Assembly: GCA_965203175.1 (NCBI GenBank)
Contig: OZ241867.1
Span: 736,001-800,000 of the forward strand
DNA length: 64,000 nt
Reading direction: 5' to 3'
From: Candidatus Latescibacterota bacterium
GTDB taxonomy: Bacteria > Latescibacterota > UBA2968 > UBA8231
Below the pieces are notes generated by a model. The model saw only the letters and a program-made list of their open reading frames with translations, was not told where the DNA came from and ran no database searches. This document shows positions 9,164-18,176 of the stretch, piece by piece. The position numbers were made by a program, and so were the translations under genes. The stretch's first letter is position 1, and every line of letters starts with the position of its first letter.

Positions 9164-9607
9164 ATGCTGAAGTACGTCCTCACCCTCACCGCTCTAGCCC
9201 TTTTACTAGCCCCGCCCCCCACTCTCGCCGGCACTGTCCCAGTAGAAGGCGAAGGCGACCCAGCCTTGTATGTAGTCAAAGTCCACGCCGATTGGTGCGG
9301 CTCCTGCACAACCCTTGAGCCAATCCTCCAAGAAGTCCAAGCCGGCGTGGCCGATCATCCCGTCCTCTTCGTCCAATTGGACGTCACCGACTCAACGCTG
9401 ACATCCCAAGCCCGCCTGCTTGCCGCGGCCCTCGACGTAGAAGACCACTTCAAGGCCAACAACAAGACCGGCCTCGTCCTGCTCATCAACGCCCAAGACC
9501 ACACCCTGCTGGAAACGGTGACCAAGCAAAACTCCGCCGCTGAGATCGTCGGCAAAATCAAAACCCACCTTGCCGCACAAGCCAAGCAAGAAGAGGCTGC
9601 CGAGTAG
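9164..9607 (+). CDS. Exported thioredoxin-like protein
   Basis: Signal peptide, HADWCGSC CxxC motif and AGGAG RBS. Confidence 0.8.
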   Translation: MLKYVLTLTALALLLAPPPTLAGTVPVEGEGDPALYVVKVHADWCGSCTTLEPILQEVQAGVADHPVLFVQLDVTDSTLTSQARLLAAALDVEDHFKANNKTGLVLLINAQDHTLLETVTKQNSAAEIVGKIKTHLAAQAKQEEAAE

Positions 9608-9608
9608 G

Positions 9609-10037
9609 CTAACCGTTCAGCTTGTATTCGTCCACCAAGGCGCGCAACCGCGCTAAAAACGGGTCGATATCCTGCGGTTGATTGGCCGCGTTGTGGAGGA
9701 CTATATCCTCACCCGTCTCCGCGTGGAACACCGTCGCGGCCGGCGATAGGCTCACCTTTTCGACCTCGGCCCACGCCAGCGTCTGCCGACCAAACAGGCC
9801 CTCTTCAACGGTCACGCCTTCCGGTCCCAGCCAGACCAAGCGCCGATGGAGGCGGTGGACGAAGAACGCCGCCGCGCAAAACGCCGCGATCCCGCCGCCG
9901 AGCACTGCGAGTCCATACGCGAAGCCGCCGCGCTGGAACGCAATGGTGCTCAATATCAACTGGCAGACGCCCAATAGGGCGAAAACTAGGCGCTGGCTGG
10001 CACCGGGACTGGTGGATAAATCGAACTGTTCAGCCAT
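9609..10037 (-). CDS. Membrane protein with two TM helices and a bacterial PH-like domain
   Basis: Two hydrophobic segments, then GPEGVTV...LAWAEVEKV. Starts 3 nt after the upstream dehydratase stop. Confidence 0.55.
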   Translation of the reverse strand: MAEQFDLSTSPGASQRLVFALLGVCQLILSTIAFQRGGFAYGLAVLGGGIAAFCAAAFFVHRLHRRLVWLGPEGVTVEEGLFGRQTLAWAEVEKVSLSPAATVFHAETGEDIVLHNAANQPQDIDPFLARLRALVDEYKLNG

Positions 10038-10040
10038 ACC

Positions 10041-11201
10041 TCATCGCGGTGCGATCCAGTCTTCGTCTATTTCCATGCCAAAACCCGGCGCGTCCGAAGG
10101 AACCAAGCGCCCATCTTGAGGCACGGCCATGCCCGGTATGGCGGGTACTTCGTCTAGGGGAATGCCCGGCGCCGAGCCAAGCCAGTACTCGGCCATCGGC
10201 GACTCGGGAAAGGCAAAGGCAAAGTGTTGTCCGAAGATACTGTTGCCTCCGCCGTGGGGGATGGTGACGAGGCCGGTGGCTTCGGCAATGTAGTAGATCT
10301 TGACCGCCTCGGAGAGACCGCCGCACCAATTGAGGTCCGGTTGCAGCACATCGACGCAGCGGTGTTCCACCAGCTGGCGGAAGGCCTGACGACCGTGGTG
10401 ATCCTCGCCGGTGGCAATGGGCACGTATGGAGCGGCGCGCTTGAGCGCGATGTGACCTTCGAGATCCGTGGGAATCAGCGGTTCCTCAATCCAGCGCATC
10501 TGATAGGGCCTGAGCCGCTCGGCGACTTGGACGGCGTATTCGACGTTGTAGGACATGACCGCGTTGAGCATCAGCTCGCAGTCCGGGCCAATGGTCTCGC
10601 GCGCTTGAGCGATTTTGTCTTCGAGGCGGTTGAGCCCTTCCTGCCCCTCGCGGTAGTGAATCGGATTGGTAACCTTGAAGGCGCTAAACCCCAGTTCGAG
10701 ACCCCAGTCGAGGTCGTCGCCAGTAGCGTAGAGTTCGAGATGGTCGCGGCAGGGGCCGCCGAGCAAGCGGTACACGGGCAGACCCAGCAACTTGCCCTTG
10801 AGGTCCCAAAGCGCCAGATCAATCCCGCTTTGAGCAACGGCTGCGGTGCCAGCATGACCGAGGCGCTGAGCGGCGCGCCACATCAGGTCGTTGAGGAATT
10901 CCGTAGCCAGACAATCGCGGCCCATCAGTAAGGGCGCGAAAACCTGCTCGACGATGGCGGCAACCGGCGCGCCAAAGGAGCAGTTGCCCAAACCCCAAGT
11001 ACCGTCTTCAGCCGTGATCTGTACCCAGACGGGACCGCCACCCATGCCCGGCATCTGGCCGGGTAGGCGCGAAAATTCCGGATACTTGTTGATCGGCAGC
11101 GAACGCGGCGCACTCTGATTCCAAGAGGGGCGACGGGGCGCTGTTTTGGGCGGGTTGTGCGGAATCTTGAGATCAACTACGCGGATGGATTGTATTTGCA
11201 C
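10041..11201 (-). CDS. L-rhamnonate dehydratase-like enolase-superfamily enzyme
   Basis: PINKYPEF N-terminal motif, SGIDLALWDLKGK, WIEEPL, ATGED, LQPDLNWCGG and PGFGMEI. Confidence 0.8.
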   Translation of the reverse strand: MQIQSIRVVDLKIPHNPPKTAPRRPSWNQSAPRSLPINKYPEFSRLPGQMPGMGGGPVWVQITAEDGTWGLGNCSFGAPVAAIVEQVFAPLLMGRDCLATEFLNDLMWRAAQRLGHAGTAAVAQSGIDLALWDLKGKLLGLPVYRLLGGPCRDHLELYATGDDLDWGLELGFSAFKVTNPIHYREGQEGLNRLEDKIAQARETIGPDCELMLNAVMSYNVEYAVQVAERLRPYQMRWIEEPLIPTDLEGHIALKRAAPYVPIATGEDHHGRQAFRQLVEHRCVDVLQPDLNWCGGLSEAVKIYYIAEATGLVTIPHGGGNSIFGQHFAFAFPESPMAEYWLGSAPGIPLDEVPAIPGMAVPQDGRLVPSDAPGFGMEIDEDWIAPR

Positions 11202-11309
11202 GTCTAAAACCTTCTCAAATCTACATCGGGCGTTTTTCGCTACGTAAAAGGGGGATACATTATATCGCCGGGCGTTGGTAGCAGCAAGGTTGGCAGCGCG
11301 GTCAGGCCA

Positions 11310-12437
11310 TCAAAAGGAGTATTGTAGTTGCATCGAGTAAGTGTTGTCGGCGTAGCTCTGGATGGGGTCGTTCGAATCGTTGGTCGCAAACGCGTATTCC
11401 AGCCGCGCCGCAAGATTGTCGCGGAGATCCTGCTTAAAGCCGAAGCGCAACAGGGTGAGGTTGTCGCGCCGTTTGGAGCCGGTCCCAGGCACGATCCAAT
11501 CCTGGTACAACTTGAAATGATGGCGCGCAGCAAGGCTCGCGCTGGAACGCGGCGCGAGTCGCCAGATGAAAAAAGACCCTATGCGGTGGTTGGCGAAGTT
11601 GAAATCGACATCGTCCTCGTCGCCATCGTGATGGCCGAATTCACCCCTTTGCTCAGGCTCGCGAGAAAGGGGTTCGTGGCGCGGGAGTTCGCGGGAGGCT
11701 AGATCGATTTCGAACTGATATTTCAAATTCAGCAACACTCGCCCCAAGGCCATGCCCTCAAACCCGAGGCTAGCGGTCTGGCGAATCCCGCCCACGTTCT
11801 CGTTGAGTTCAGATGTAATGATTCTCGGGTCGATAACGCCCCGGTACGCGCGCACCTGATAGCCAGCGGAAACATGTGCAATCGCGCTGAGCTGCCGTCT
11901 GAGCCCGCCTTCGACCATGACACTGCTATACGTACTGCCTTCGTTGTTGGGAAAGTACTTGTTCCGCAGCTCGGCCCCGAACCGGGACGACCACGACGGG
12001 TTCCACCGTATCTGGAGTTGACCACTGATATCTTGCTTGAAGTACTCGTTGATGCGGTCATTGGGTTGGTGCCGCAGGCCGAGGTTGGCGACGGTTAGGA
12101 GCGTGGCATCGCCGGAAAGCCTGCGGTGCCAAAGACCTGACAGCAGGTGATCGTAGCGATTCTTCTCGGTTACGTCGGCAAAGCGACGCGGGGCCATCTC
12201 ATAGCGCACGGCGATGCGCGTACGAGGATCAAGCGCGGCCCTGACATGGACCCCTGCCCATATATACGCGGCAAAATCCCGTTGTTCGCCCAAGTCCTTC
12301 GGCACCTGCAAGACATTGTCTTCGTACTGGTAGCGGCAGTCAAAAAAGGGCTTGATCCGCAACGAAGACTCGGCGAAAACTAGGTACGGGGTGCTCAGCG
12401 CGAGCAACCATATCACAGCTACAATTCTCAATGACAC
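11310..12437 (-). CDS. Putative outer-membrane beta-barrel protein
   Basis: Signal peptide, alternating amphipathic strands, C-terminal YSMQLQYSF (terminal Phe) and an acidic/His loop GHHDGDEDD. Confidence 0.7.
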   Translation of the reverse strand: MSLRIVAVIWLLALSTPYLVFAESSLRIKPFFDCRYQYEDNVLQVPKDLGEQRDFAAYIWAGVHVRAALDPRTRIAVRYEMAPRRFADVTEKNRYDHLLSGLWHRRLSGDATLLTVANLGLRHQPNDRINEYFKQDISGQLQIRWNPSWSSRFGAELRNKYFPNNEGSTYSSVMVEGGLRRQLSAIAHVSAGYQVRAYRGVIDPRIITSELNENVGGIRQTASLGFEGMALGRVLLNLKYQFEIDLASRELPRHEPLSREPEQRGEFGHHDGDEDDVDFNFANHRIGSFFIWRLAPRSSASLAARHHFKLYQDWIVPGTGSKRRDNLTLLRFGFKQDLRDNLAARLEYAFATNDSNDPIQSYADNTYSMQLQYSF

Positions 12438-12449
12438 GTGGGGATACCG

Positions 12450-13343
12450 TCACTTTCCTTGGAGCATATTCTCGAGTTCCCGGGCGAGTTGTATCGCTTT
12501 CTCACCGTGGATTTTTTCTTTGGCGTACCAGCTCTCCCGTTTGGCGCGCCAAATTTCCAGCGCCGATTCCGCATCCGCAATCTGTCCTTCCAACTCGGCG
12601 ATATCGAGGCTGCGGTCGAGATCAAACTCGTCTTCTTCCCCGCGGCGAATGTCGCGGAGCAACTCTAGCATATTGCGCCGCAAATCGAGTGCTTTACTGG
12701 TTTCGCGGATCTGCCGGTCGAGCTCTTCGATTTTGCTCCGTATAATATCCTGTTGGTCTTGCAGCACGGCCAATTTCTGCTGGATCTCATCGGGGCCGTC
12801 GGTTTGCGCCGGGGCGACATCCAACGACAACAGCAACTCGCTCGACTCTCTGGCCATTTGCCCCCGGTAGGTTTCTGCTTCTTCCTGAAGTTTTAGCACC
12901 TCGGCAAGGGTCCGGGTCTTGGTCTTGGCGTCTTTGGCGACGCGGGCTTCCCCAGAAAGCCGCTCAATCTCGTCATTCAGCATGCCCACGAGCGTGCGTT
13001 GCTTGGCGACCGATTCCTCGGTGAGCGCATAGATCTGGTTGTCGAGCGCTTGGATCCGGTCCGATAATTCCCGGGACGCCTGTAGGTCGTCCTGCAACTG
13101 TCGCTCAAGCAGTCGGCTGCCGCCTTGTTGCAGGTCTTGTTTGGCCGTGCGGATCCTATCGGTCAACTGCTTGTTTTCGCGCAGCAGCTTGTTGCTCTCC
13201 GCCGAGATGCCGGCGACCTGTTCGGCGAGTTGTTCAATCTGTATTCTCAAGTTTTGTAGAGTTAGCTCCTGCGTAAACGCCGCTGGCACCGCCCCGATTG
13301 AGATGGCGCAAAACAGCAGGAGATACCGCCAGCTAAAAAGCAT
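12450..13343 (-). CDS. Exported coiled-coil protein
   Basis: Signal peptide followed by a heptad-rich E/Q/L/R sequence. Lies in an operon with the two-component genes. Confidence 0.7.
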   Translation of the reverse strand: MLFSWRYLLLFCAISIGAVPAAFTQELTLQNLRIQIEQLAEQVAGISAESNKLLRENKQLTDRIRTAKQDLQQGGSRLLERQLQDDLQASRELSDRIQALDNQIYALTEESVAKQRTLVGMLNDEIERLSGEARVAKDAKTKTRTLAEVLKLQEEAETYRGQMARESSELLLSLDVAPAQTDGPDEIQQKLAVLQDQQDIIRSKIEELDRQIRETSKALDLRRNMLELLRDIRRGEEDEFDLDRSLDIAELEGQIADAESALEIWRAKRESWYAKEKIHGEKAIQLARELENMLQGK

Positions 13344-13366
13344 GGTCCTGAACGCTCGCCGAGAGA

Positions 13367-14704
13367 CTAGAGTTCATACTTTTCAAATTTGTAGCGGAAA
13401 GTGGTTCGTTCGATACCCAGCAACTTCGCGGCGTCAGCTTTGACCTTGTTTGCCTTTAGATAGGCATCCCACAAAAGCTGCTTTTCAAAAGCCTCGACGC
13501 GCTCCGTCAATGTGCCGCTTTCTAGGTGGTGTTCAGGCGATTGAGCATTTAGTGAGAGGTCATCAGGCGCAATCTCGTTGCCCTGCGCCAACACTACAGC
13601 GCGTTCGATGGCGTTTTCGAGTTCCCTGACATTGCCGGCCCAAGCGTGCGTCGTCAGCAATTCCATTGCGCTGGGATGCACTGACGACACCTTCTTGCCG
13701 ATCTCGGCGTTGTACTTGAGTAGGAAATGGGCCACCAGCAGCGGAATGTCTTCGCGGCGTTCGCGCAAGGGCGGGACCTCGATGGGCACCACGTTGAGGC
13801 GATAGTACAGATCCTCGCGGAATGTCCCTTCCCTGATGCAGTCGGGCAAGTTTTGGTTAGTCGCAGCGACGAGCCGGACATCGACCGCGATCGAGCGGGT
13901 TCCCCCGACCCGCTCAAATTCCCGTTCCTGCAAGACGCGCAGCAGTTTGACCTGCATCGCCGGCGTGCTCTCGCCGATCTCATCGAGAAACAACGTACCG
14001 CCATCGGCGATCTCAAAACGACCGGGTTTCATCTTCACGGCTTGGGTAAATGAGCCTTTCTCATGGCCGAAGAGTTCGCTTTCCAGCACGCCCTCTGCCA
14101 GCGCCGCGCAATTGACTTTGACGAAGGGTTTTTCTCGGCGCGTACTGTGCTGGTGGATCGCTCGGGCAATTAGCTCTTTCCCAGTGCCGCTTTCCCCGCC
14201 GATGAGCACGGTCGAATGGGTTGGCGCGGCGGTTTGTATCCTGCGAAAGACCGCTTGCATCTGCGGGCTTTCACCCATGATCTCGTCAAAGCTGTAGCGC
14301 AGCTCGTCTTCTCGGCGCAGGTAGGCGTTTTCCTGACTGAGACGGCGTCCGGCAAGCGCCTGTTCAATTTTTACTTCGATCTGTTCGAGCGTGTACGGTT
14401 TGGTTATAAAGTCCACCGCTCCCTTCTGCATGGCCTCAACGGCCAACTCGATCGTGCCAAAAGCTGTCATCATTACGACACTCGTTTCGGGCGAGATCTC
14501 AGCAAAGGCTTCGAGGACTTCAATCCCGGTCTTCTTTGGCATCTGGATATCGACCATGGCCAAATCGAAGGAGTACTTCTCGACCGCGGCGATCGCATCC
14601 TCTCCGTCAAATGCAACATGGGTCGAATACCCCAATCCCCCAAGCGCGAGGGCGAGCCCTTCTCTGGTGCTTTTATGATCGTCGGCGATCAGTATCCGGC
14701 TCAT
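13367..14704 (-). CDS. Sigma54-dependent response regulator (NtrC/AtoC/ZraR family)
   Basis: Receiver ILIADD...DIQMP...KP; AAA+ GESGTGKE, ESELFGHEKGSFTQA, FLDEIGE, FREDLYYRL, WAGNVRELEN; Fis-type HTH. Confidence 0.95.
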   Translation of the reverse strand: MSRILIADDHKSTREGLALALGGLGYSTHVAFDGEDAIAAVEKYSFDLAMVDIQMPKKTGIEVLEAFAEISPETSVVMMTAFGTIELAVEAMQKGAVDFITKPYTLEQIEVKIEQALAGRRLSQENAYLRREDELRYSFDEIMGESPQMQAVFRRIQTAAPTHSTVLIGGESGTGKELIARAIHQHSTRREKPFVKVNCAALAEGVLESELFGHEKGSFTQAVKMKPGRFEIADGGTLFLDEIGESTPAMQVKLLRVLQEREFERVGGTRSIAVDVRLVAATNQNLPDCIREGTFREDLYYRLNVVPIEVPPLRERREDIPLLVAHFLLKYNAEIGKKVSSVHPSAMELLTTHAWAGNVRELENAIERAVVLAQGNEIAPDDLSLNAQSPEHHLESGTLTERVEAFEKQLLWDAYLKANKVKADAAKLLGIERTTFRYKFEKYEL

Positions 14705-16161
14705 GCCTGTCTTTCTCGCTCCATAGTCGTCGGCAGTTTGAGGGCAAACGTCGTACCATCGCCTTGCTTACTCGTGCATTCGATTGTTCCGCGGTGATGC
14801 TCGACCAGCCGTTTGACGATGGCCAACCCAAGCCCCGTACCCTGGTCTTTCGTGGTAAAAAACGGGATAAAAGCGCGATCCGCCGTCTCGGGGGACATAC
14901 CCACTCCGGTATCCCGAACCTCGATGCGGATGGCATCGGCGTCCGCATCGACAAAACCTTCGATGGCGATGGTTCCGCCCCGGTCAATTGCTTGTGCGGC
15001 ATTCTTGACCAGATTGGTGAACACCCACTTGAGTTGGTCAGCGTCTGCTTCGATGGTGGGCAAGGTGTCCAAGTTTACCGTTTGAACCTCGACAGCGCAC
15101 GCACGCAACTCCGCATCGAGTAGCGCCAGTACTGAAGCGACTACGTCCGCCAAATCCACCGGCCCGGTCTGCAACGGCGTCGGACGCGCAAAGTCGAGAA
15201 ATTCGCTGACTAGCTGATTCAATGACTGCACTTCGCCATCCACTTGTTCAATCAGTTGCTCCGCTTTCGGGTCGGCGGAGATTTGGCGTTTGAGCAAGCC
15301 CAGAAAAATCCGCATCCCGTTAAGCGGGTTTCTGACTTCATGGGCGAGCCCAGCCGATAACTGTCGAAGCTCCTCGGCCAGCCGCGATACCTGCTGGTCC
15401 CGCTCTTGAATCGCGATACTCATCTCGTTGAATGTCATGGCTAGTTCGCCGACTTCGTCTTTGCTGCGCGTTTCAACCTGCGTCCCGAACGCCCCGGCCT
15501 TGATTTGTTGGGTCGCTTGCGAAAGTCTTTTAATCGGCACGACGATCGACCGAGCTAAAAAGATGCTGAGAACAACTGCAAAAACCGTACCAACGACGCC
15601 GATGAGTACCATATTGCGGCTCATTCCCGCAAGGCTTTCGAGGAACAGCACACTCGCATCCACGGCGAGAATGGCGACAATATCACCGTCTTCGTCGCGA
15701 ATGGGCGCATAAGCCGATCGGTAAAAAGCATCGTCTTTGCCGTGGAAAGCGACGGAGGCAGCCCCTATCCCTCGTTTGGCCTGGTCAATATGGATTCTGT
15801 CTTCGCCCAGTGAGTGGTATTGACTGCCAATGGGAACGTCGAGGCGGGAATCGACGAGGCTTTTGTATTCAAGGTCGAACACGTACATCGCCCGCGCTTC
15901 GGAAGCATCGCGCATGGACTGCAGCTTCTTTTGCAGCGTCGGGTACAAATTCCTGCCTTCGTCGCCCGGCTGAAGTGCGCTGAAGTAGCTTCCATTGAGT
16001 TGCGCTGCAGAGGTCTTGGCGACTACCACGAGCCGTTCGCCCATCTCGGCGTCGAGCGCACGTTTTGCCGTGTCGTAGAATAGATAACTACTAGCCGTCA
16101 AAACCAAGACCACCAGCAGCGCAATGGTGAGGGTCGTCTTGGTTTGGAGTCGGATCTTCAT
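14701..16161 (-). CDS. HAMP-domain sensor histidine kinase
   Basis: Two TM helices flank a periplasmic Cache-like domain. HAMP (DEVGELA), AHEVRNPL, NLVKNA, DTGVG, FFTTK and GTGLGL. ATGA overlap with the regulator. Confidence 0.95.
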   Translation of the reverse strand: MKIRLQTKTTLTIALLVVLVLTASSYLFYDTAKRALDAEMGERLVVVAKTSAAQLNGSYFSALQPGDEGRNLYPTLQKKLQSMRDASEARAMYVFDLEYKSLVDSRLDVPIGSQYHSLGEDRIHIDQAKRGIGAASVAFHGKDDAFYRSAYAPIRDEDGDIVAILAVDASVLFLESLAGMSRNMVLIGVVGTVFAVVLSIFLARSIVVPIKRLSQATQQIKAGAFGTQVETRSKDEVGELAMTFNEMSIAIQERDQQVSRLAEELRQLSAGLAHEVRNPLNGMRIFLGLLKRQISADPKAEQLIEQVDGEVQSLNQLVSEFLDFARPTPLQTGPVDLADVVASVLALLDAELRACAVEVQTVNLDTLPTIEADADQLKWVFTNLVKNAAQAIDRGGTIAIEGFVDADADAIRIEVRDTGVGMSPETADRAFIPFFTTKDQGTGLGLAIVKRLVEHHRGTIECTSKQGDGTTFALKLPTTMERERQA

Positions 16162-16270
16162 GCGCTTTTTCGCACGTAGTAATTAATGAATAGCGACCTG
16201 AGAAAAAATTGGTCCATGGCGTGGGCCGTGTGTTGAGCCTCCACTGAATTTATCGGAAAAATGCCTTCCC

Positions 16271-16328
16271 CGGCAAATTTCTGCCGTCCTCGACGAAAAT
16301 TTGCCGCGTCCCGTGCCAAAATCTGCCC
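16271..16328. promoter_or_regulatory. Three spaced palindromic sites, candidate enhancer (UAS) for the adjacent regulator
   Basis: CGGCAAATTTCTGCCG (16271), CGACGAAAATTTGCCG (16291) and GTGCCAAAATCTGCCC (16313), spaced 20-22 bp apart. Confidence 0.55.
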
Positions 16329-16358
16329 CAAACCCCCTTTGATTCAGTGCCTTTTTCG

Positions 16359-16375
16359 TTGGCACGGAAATTGCA
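16359..16375 (+). promoter_or_regulatory. Sigma54 -24/-12 promoter
   Basis: TTGGCACGGAAATTGCA matches TGGCAC-N5-TTGC and lies about 95 bp upstream of the lipoprotein ATG. Confidence 0.85.
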
Positions 16376-16470
16376 GAGTGCATAGGTGTCCAATGCCATG
16401 GCAAAAAATGCACAATGCAGCAACGCGGTGTTCATAGTTTGAACTACCCGCTTAACTCGGAGGAGAGACC

Positions 16471-18078
16471 ATGAAACTCAACATGAGCAAACCAATCGTT
16501 GCGGTGCTTATTCCCGCACTTATTGGAATAATCAGCTGTTCTGATAATCCAATAAAGTCCGGCGGCGAAAACGCTGAATCGGGCAGGTCTGAGTCGGCCG
16601 GAGAACATAGCGGTAACGCAGAAGGCGCAGGCCACGAAGGTCGTGAAGGTAGCGAAGGCGGAGCAGGCCGTTTAGTCGCCAGTTCAGGCGGTGGTGAAGG
16701 CGGAGAGGGCGGCGGTGAGCACGGGAGCGGTGCAGGTGGTGGCGAAGGCGGTGAAAGCCACGCCGGCAGCGAAGGCGGCGATGCTGGCGGCGAAGGACAG
16801 CCACTAGCCCCCGACCAGCGCTACGACCAGACGCGCAACGGCGCACGGTTAGTCATGGTGTACGATTCCACCAGAAATGCGTTCTACGGCCTAGTGAAGA
16901 ATACGACCAATCAAACGTTGACCCGGGTGCGGGTGGAAATACATCTGTCTGACGCAGCCAACGCAATCATCGCGGAGTTGGGGCCCACCACGCCGACGGA
17001 CCTCGCGCCGGGTGGGATGCTGCCCATCACTCTGTCAGCCGCCGGCCAGACTTTTACTGCCTGGTCGCCCCATGTGGAAGTCGGCTCTGGCGAAGGCGGT
17101 GAAGGCAGCGGTGAGCACGGAAGTGGTACAGGTGGTAGCGAAGGTGGTGAAGGCGGCGGAGGCGAGGGTAATGAGACCAGCGGCCATGCCGAAGGCCCCG
17201 AAGGCGGCGGAGGCGATCCATCGAGCCCAATCCTCGCGCTCGACGAGTCGTTTGACGGCGTCGTCAACGGCGTGCGCGTGGCCATGTCCTATGACCCGGT
17301 CAGGCGCTCGTTCTCGGGCACCGTCGAGAACGCGATGGCGCTGACTGCCTGCTCCGTCCAGATCGAACTCAACCTCAAGCAGGGCACGCGCACGGTCGTC
17401 GAGTTGGGGCCGTCCCCAGTCGGCGATTTAGCACCGGGTGCCAGTGCGACCACTGAACTGTTGGTCGACGACGAGCCGCTGGCGGCGGGAGTAGCTTTCG
17501 ACGCCTGGGAGATCCATCCGGAGGTGTTTGACTGCAACTGCCCCGTTCCCAACTCCTCAAGTGGCGAAGGCGGCGAAGGCGGTGAAAGCCACGCCGGTAG
17601 GGAAGGTAGTGAAGGCAGCGAAGGCGGCGACATAGCTCAGCAACTGGCCCCCGACCAGTCCTACGACCAGACGCGCAACGGCGCACGGTTAACCATGTCG
17701 TATAGCCCCAGCCAGGATGCGTTCTACGGCACAGTGGAGAATACGACCAACCAAACGTTGACCCGGGTGCGGGTGGAAATACATCTGACGGACCAGTCCG
17801 GCGCGATCATCGCGGAGTTGGGGCCCACCACGCCGACGGACCTCGCGCCGGGTGGGATGCTGCTCATCACTCTGCCAGCCGCTGGCCAAGCTTTTACTGG
17901 CTGGTCGCCCCATGCGGAGGTCGGCTCTGGCGAAGGCGGAGAGGGCGGAGGCAGTGAAAGTGGCGGTGAGCACGGGAGCGGTGCAGGTGGCGGCGAAGGC
18001 GGCGGTGAGCACGGGAGCGGTGCAGGTGGTGGCGAAGGTGGTGAAAGCCACGCCGGCCGTGAAGGCGGCAGCGGGTGA
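16471..18078 (+). CDS. Lipoprotein with three FxLYD-like Ig-type domains and Gly/Glu/His-rich linkers
   Basis: GGAGGAG RBS and lipobox IISC. Three repeats of YD...G-V-ENTT...V-V-E-HL...ELGP...DLAPG...W-PH-EV separated by GGEGGE/EHGSG linkers. Confidence 0.8.
   Translation: MKLNMSKPIVAVLIPALIGIISCSDNPIKSGGENAESGRSESAGEHSGNAEGAGHEGREGSEGGAGRLVASSGGGEGGEGGGEHGSGAGGGEGGESHAGSEGGDAGGEGQPLAPDQRYDQTRNGARLVMVYDSTRNAFYGLVKNTTNQTLTRVRVEIHLSDAANAIIAELGPTTPTDLAPGGMLPITLSAAGQTFTAWSPHVEVGSGEGGEGSGEHGSGTGGSEGGEGGGGEGNETSGHAEGPEGGGGDPSSPILALDESFDGVVNGVRVAMSYDPVRRSFSGTVENAMALTACSVQIELNLKQGTRTVVELGPSPVGDLAPGASATTELLVDDEPLAAGVAFDAWEIHPEVFDCNCPVPNSSSGEGGEGGESHAGREGSEGSEGGDIAQQLAPDQSYDQTRNGARLTMSYSPSQDAFYGTVENTTNQTLTRVRVEIHLTDQSGAIIAELGPTTPTDLAPGGMLLITLPAAGQAFTGWSPHAEVGSGEGGEGGGSESGGEHGSGAGGGEGGGEHGSGAGGGEGGESHAGREGGSG
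16798..17940 (+). repeat. Intragenic domain duplication (about 300 bp; 16798-17100 vs 17638-17940)
   Basis: Long identical stretches, e.g. CTACGACCAGACGCGCAACGGCGCACGGTTA and ATCATCGCGGAGTTGGGGCCCACCACGCCGACGGACCTCGCGCCGGGTGGGATGCTG. Confidence 0.9.
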
Positions 18079-18129
18079 AATTTCATAGTTGCCAACTCGC
18101 CCACTCGGCGAGATAGCGAAAGCAAGGGT

Positions 18130-18165
18130 AAAGCTGGCCGGTTGTACATTCAATCGGCCAGCTTT
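18130..18165. terminator. Hairpin between convergent genes (likely bidirectional terminator)
   Basis: AAAGCTGGCCGGTTG-TACATT-CAATCGGCCAGCTTT. Confidence 0.7.
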
Positions 18166-18176
18166 CTCTATTTCTT

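Noticed and set aside
16300-16320. Minus-strand TTGGCAC as a second sigma54 promoter for the kinase operon
   Set aside because: There is no GC at the required -12 spacing, and the site overlaps the candidate UAS sites.
16661-16692. GAGCAGGCCG... in the lipoprotein as a fourth copy of the 27-nt element
   Set aside because: The leader matches, but the codon phase differs and the stem does not pair in the conserved geometry.
16680-18078. GGCGAAGGC-rich repeats as a CRISPR array
   Set aside because: These are in-frame coding repeats with no constant repeat and unique spacer periodicity, and no cas genes are nearby.
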